DNA of 64,000 bases. Source: Squalus acanthias. Taxonomy: Eukaryota. The stretch spans positions 12,278,001-12,342,000 of the forward strand of contig CM059433.1 of assembly GCA_030390025.1 (NCBI GenBank), written 5' to 3'. How positions within the stretch are numbered: position 1 is the stretch's first letter; each line of letters begins with the position of its first letter. A model generated the notes under the pieces. The model was not told the origin of the DNA. It was given only the letters and a program-made list of their open reading frames with translations, and searched no databases. This document shows positions 61,548 through 64,000 of this stretch, piece after piece. The position numbers were made by a program, and so were the translations under genes.

Positions 61548-62990
61548 GAACATAGGAGCAGGAGTAGGCCATTCAGCCCCTTGAGCCTGTTCCGCCATTC
61601 CATTAGTTTATGGTGGATCTGTATCTTAACTCCACCTACTTGTCTTGGTTCCATAATCCTTAATACCCTTGCCTAACAAAAATCTATCAATTTCAGTTTT
61701 GAAATTTTCAATTGACCCCCCCAGCCTCAACAGCTTTTTGAGGGAGCGAGTTCCAGATTTCCACTGCCATTTGTGTGGAGAAGTGATTTCTGACGTCAGC
61801 CCCTGAACAGCCTAGCTCTAATTTTAATGTTATTCCCCTTTGTTCTAGACTCTCTCACCAGAGAAAATAGTTTCTCTCTATCTACCCTATCAAATCCTTT
61901 AATCATCTTAAACACTTCAATTAGATCACCTCTTCATCTTCTACATTCAAGGGAATACAAGCCTAGTCTATCCAACCTGTCCTCAGAATTTAATCCTTTT
62001 AACCCCGGTATCATTCTGGTGAATCTGCACTGCACCCCCTCCAAGGCCAATATATCCTTCGTGAGGTGCAGTGTCCAGAACAGGATGCAGTGTCCAGATT
62101 GGATCTAACCAGAGAAAGCTCTGTAACAAAGGGCTGGATTTTGCCAATGGGGAGCTTTTGGAGGCGGGACTCCCACTTGTCGGGTTTTAGTCCCACCTCC
62201 ATCGACGTCTGGCCAACCCACGCTATTTTTCCTTGATTGACCTTGTTAAGCCCAACCAGCGGGCTTAGCAGGCCAATTAAGGGGAAGCCGGTTACAGAGA
62301 ACATCAGCGTATGACGTTTCATCTGTCAAAAATTTTTGACAGATGAAATGTCGTTTGATAGCTCTGTGAAGCTGTCAAACACTGACATTCTCTGTAGTTT
62401 GATGAGTTCTTGTATTCAAAACTCATCAAACCTCTTTATTTAGCAGAAATTAGATGGTTGTTGCATTGGAGAATGCAGCGGCCATCTGTCATCTCTGCCG
62501 CGGAGGTGCGAGACTCTCCGCATACCCACCGACTGAAGCCTGCAGGAAGAAACAAAGGTAAGTAAACTTTTTCTAACACTTTCCACTTACCTCACATACT
62601 CACCTCTCCACACTTGCACCCATCACTTACCTTCACAGCGCACTTTTGCACCCCGCAGACCCCCGCAGACCCACTGCTCGCCTCGGTGACCCTGGCGGGG
62701 TTCGCAGCCTTCGGGAAGCCTGCACTTGTGTGGGTAAAATGGGGATAATCCTCTTATCTGCCTGTTAACTACCTGTTAACAGGCAGTTAAGTGGCTGTAA
62801 TCCCCTTCCCGCCTCGAGGAGACGGGACCTGGCGCGGGTCGGCTACCCGCCTCCTGGGACGATGGCATGGAGGCGGGTTTGGGGCAGGATGGGCACCCGC
62901 CCCCAGATTCTGCCATTTTCCCGGCAGTCCTGCCTCCCCAGGGCTGGCAAGATCGTGCCCAGAACTTCCACCTTTTGTATTCCAGTCCTA
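61548..62990 (-). mobile_element. CR1 3' fragment split by a MITE
   Basis: Similar to 44505-44920 and 46999-47180. Confidence 0.88.
62131..62960. mobile_element. Harbinger MITE, same family as 33858-34702, opposite orientation
   Basis: TIR gggctggattttgcca / tggcaagatcgtgccc; shared internal blocks (ctgttaacaggcagttaa, tttgatgagt..actcatcaaa). Confidence 0.88.
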
Positions 62991-62994
62991 AATT

Positions 62995-63170
62995 TTTTTT
63001 TAATATTCGTTCATGGGATGTGGGTGTCGCTGGCAAGGCCAGCATTTATTGCCCATCCCTAATTGCCCTTGAGAAGGTGGTGGTGAGCCGCCTTCTTGAA
63101 CCGCTGCAGTCCGTGTGGTGAAGGTACTCCCACAGTGCTGTCAGGGAGGGAGTTCCAGGATTTTGACCCT
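62995..63170 (-). mobile_element. CR1/L2-group LINE 3' end (partner of the 58495 SINE)
   Basis: SWNSLPDSTVGVPSPHGLQRFKKAAHHHLLKGN* followed by the shared tail. Confidence 0.8.
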
Positions 63171-63319
63171 GCTGGAAGTGATGGCGGGTGTAAGGTAAGT
63201 CTGCTTTAGCTACCGTGAAGCCATGCCAATGCTGGGTTTAGACCAGAATGACATCATAAGTCCAAAATTGTGACTTTTACACCCTACGGTCCGCTGATCT
63301 AATATATGCCGCTATCAAA

Positions 63320-64000
63320 CATCCACCACCACCCTCCTCCGCCTGGTTGAACTTGTTCTCACATTGAACAACTTCTCCTTTGACTCCACTCACTTCCTCC
63401 AAATTAAAGGTGTTGCTATGGGAACCCGCATGGGCCCTAGCTATGCCTGCCTTTTCATGGGATATGTGGAACATTCTTTGTTCCAGTCCTACTCAGGTCC
63501 CCTCCCTCACCTCTTTTTCTGGAACATCGATGACTGTATCGGTGCCGTCTCCTGCTCTCGCCCTGAACTAGAAAAGTTCATTCACTTTACTTCCAATTTC
63601 CACCCTTCCCTCACCTTCACATGGTCCATCTCCGATTCTTTCCTTCCCTTCCTTGACCTCTCCATCTCCATCTCTGGGGATAGGCTATCGACAAACATCC
63701 ACTACAAGCCCACTGACTCCCACAGCTACCTGGACTACACTTCCTCCCACCCCACTTCCTGTAAGGACTCTATTCCATTCTCTCAGTTTCTCCGTCTCCG
63801 CCGCATCTGTTCTGATGATGCTACCTTCCATACCAGTGCTTCCGATATGTCTTCCTTTTTCCTCAACCGAGGATTCCCCTCTACTGTGGTTGACACGGCC
63901 CTTGACCGTGTCTGTTCCATTTCCCGCACTTCTGCTCTCACCCCGGCCCCTCCCTCCCGGAACCACGATAGAGTTCCCCTCATCCTCACCTTTCATCCCA
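63320..64000 (+). mobile_element. Penelope-like element family A fragment running off the window
   Basis: Near-identical to 7594-8275. Confidence 0.93.

Overview
Repeat-dominated vertebrate DNA, most likely a cartilaginous fish (HE1/V-SINE, SacSINE1-type DeuSINEs, abundant CR1, Penelope and Harbinger elements). I found no intact host protein-coding gene, rRNA, true tRNA gene or CRISPR array. The window holds two two-gene PIF/Harbinger transposons (DDE transposase convergent with a spliced Myb/SANT gene, both decayed), four more Harbinger remnants and at least seven Harbinger-type MITEs with 3-bp TSDs. It also holds two Penelope-like (PLE) families with minimal hammerhead-ribozyme motifs in their terminal repeats, many CR1/L2/Tx1 LINE fragments, three SINE-LINE tail pairs, three copies of a ~228-bp solo LTR, a Tc1/mariner-type MITE, and a 3.6-kb 37-bp satellite inside a Harbinger intron. 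The best leads are: (i) ribozyme-bounded PLE mini-insertions that all show fold-back 5' junctions; (ii) a Harbinger partner protein with Myb/SANT, coiled coil, AT-hook and RRSxR-like tail; (iii) MITEs that keep face-to-face splice donors; (iv) the intronic satellite, whose unit resembles a cryptic 23-RSS. Family names come from motif recognition by eye, not database searches. Boundaries of old elements are approximate.
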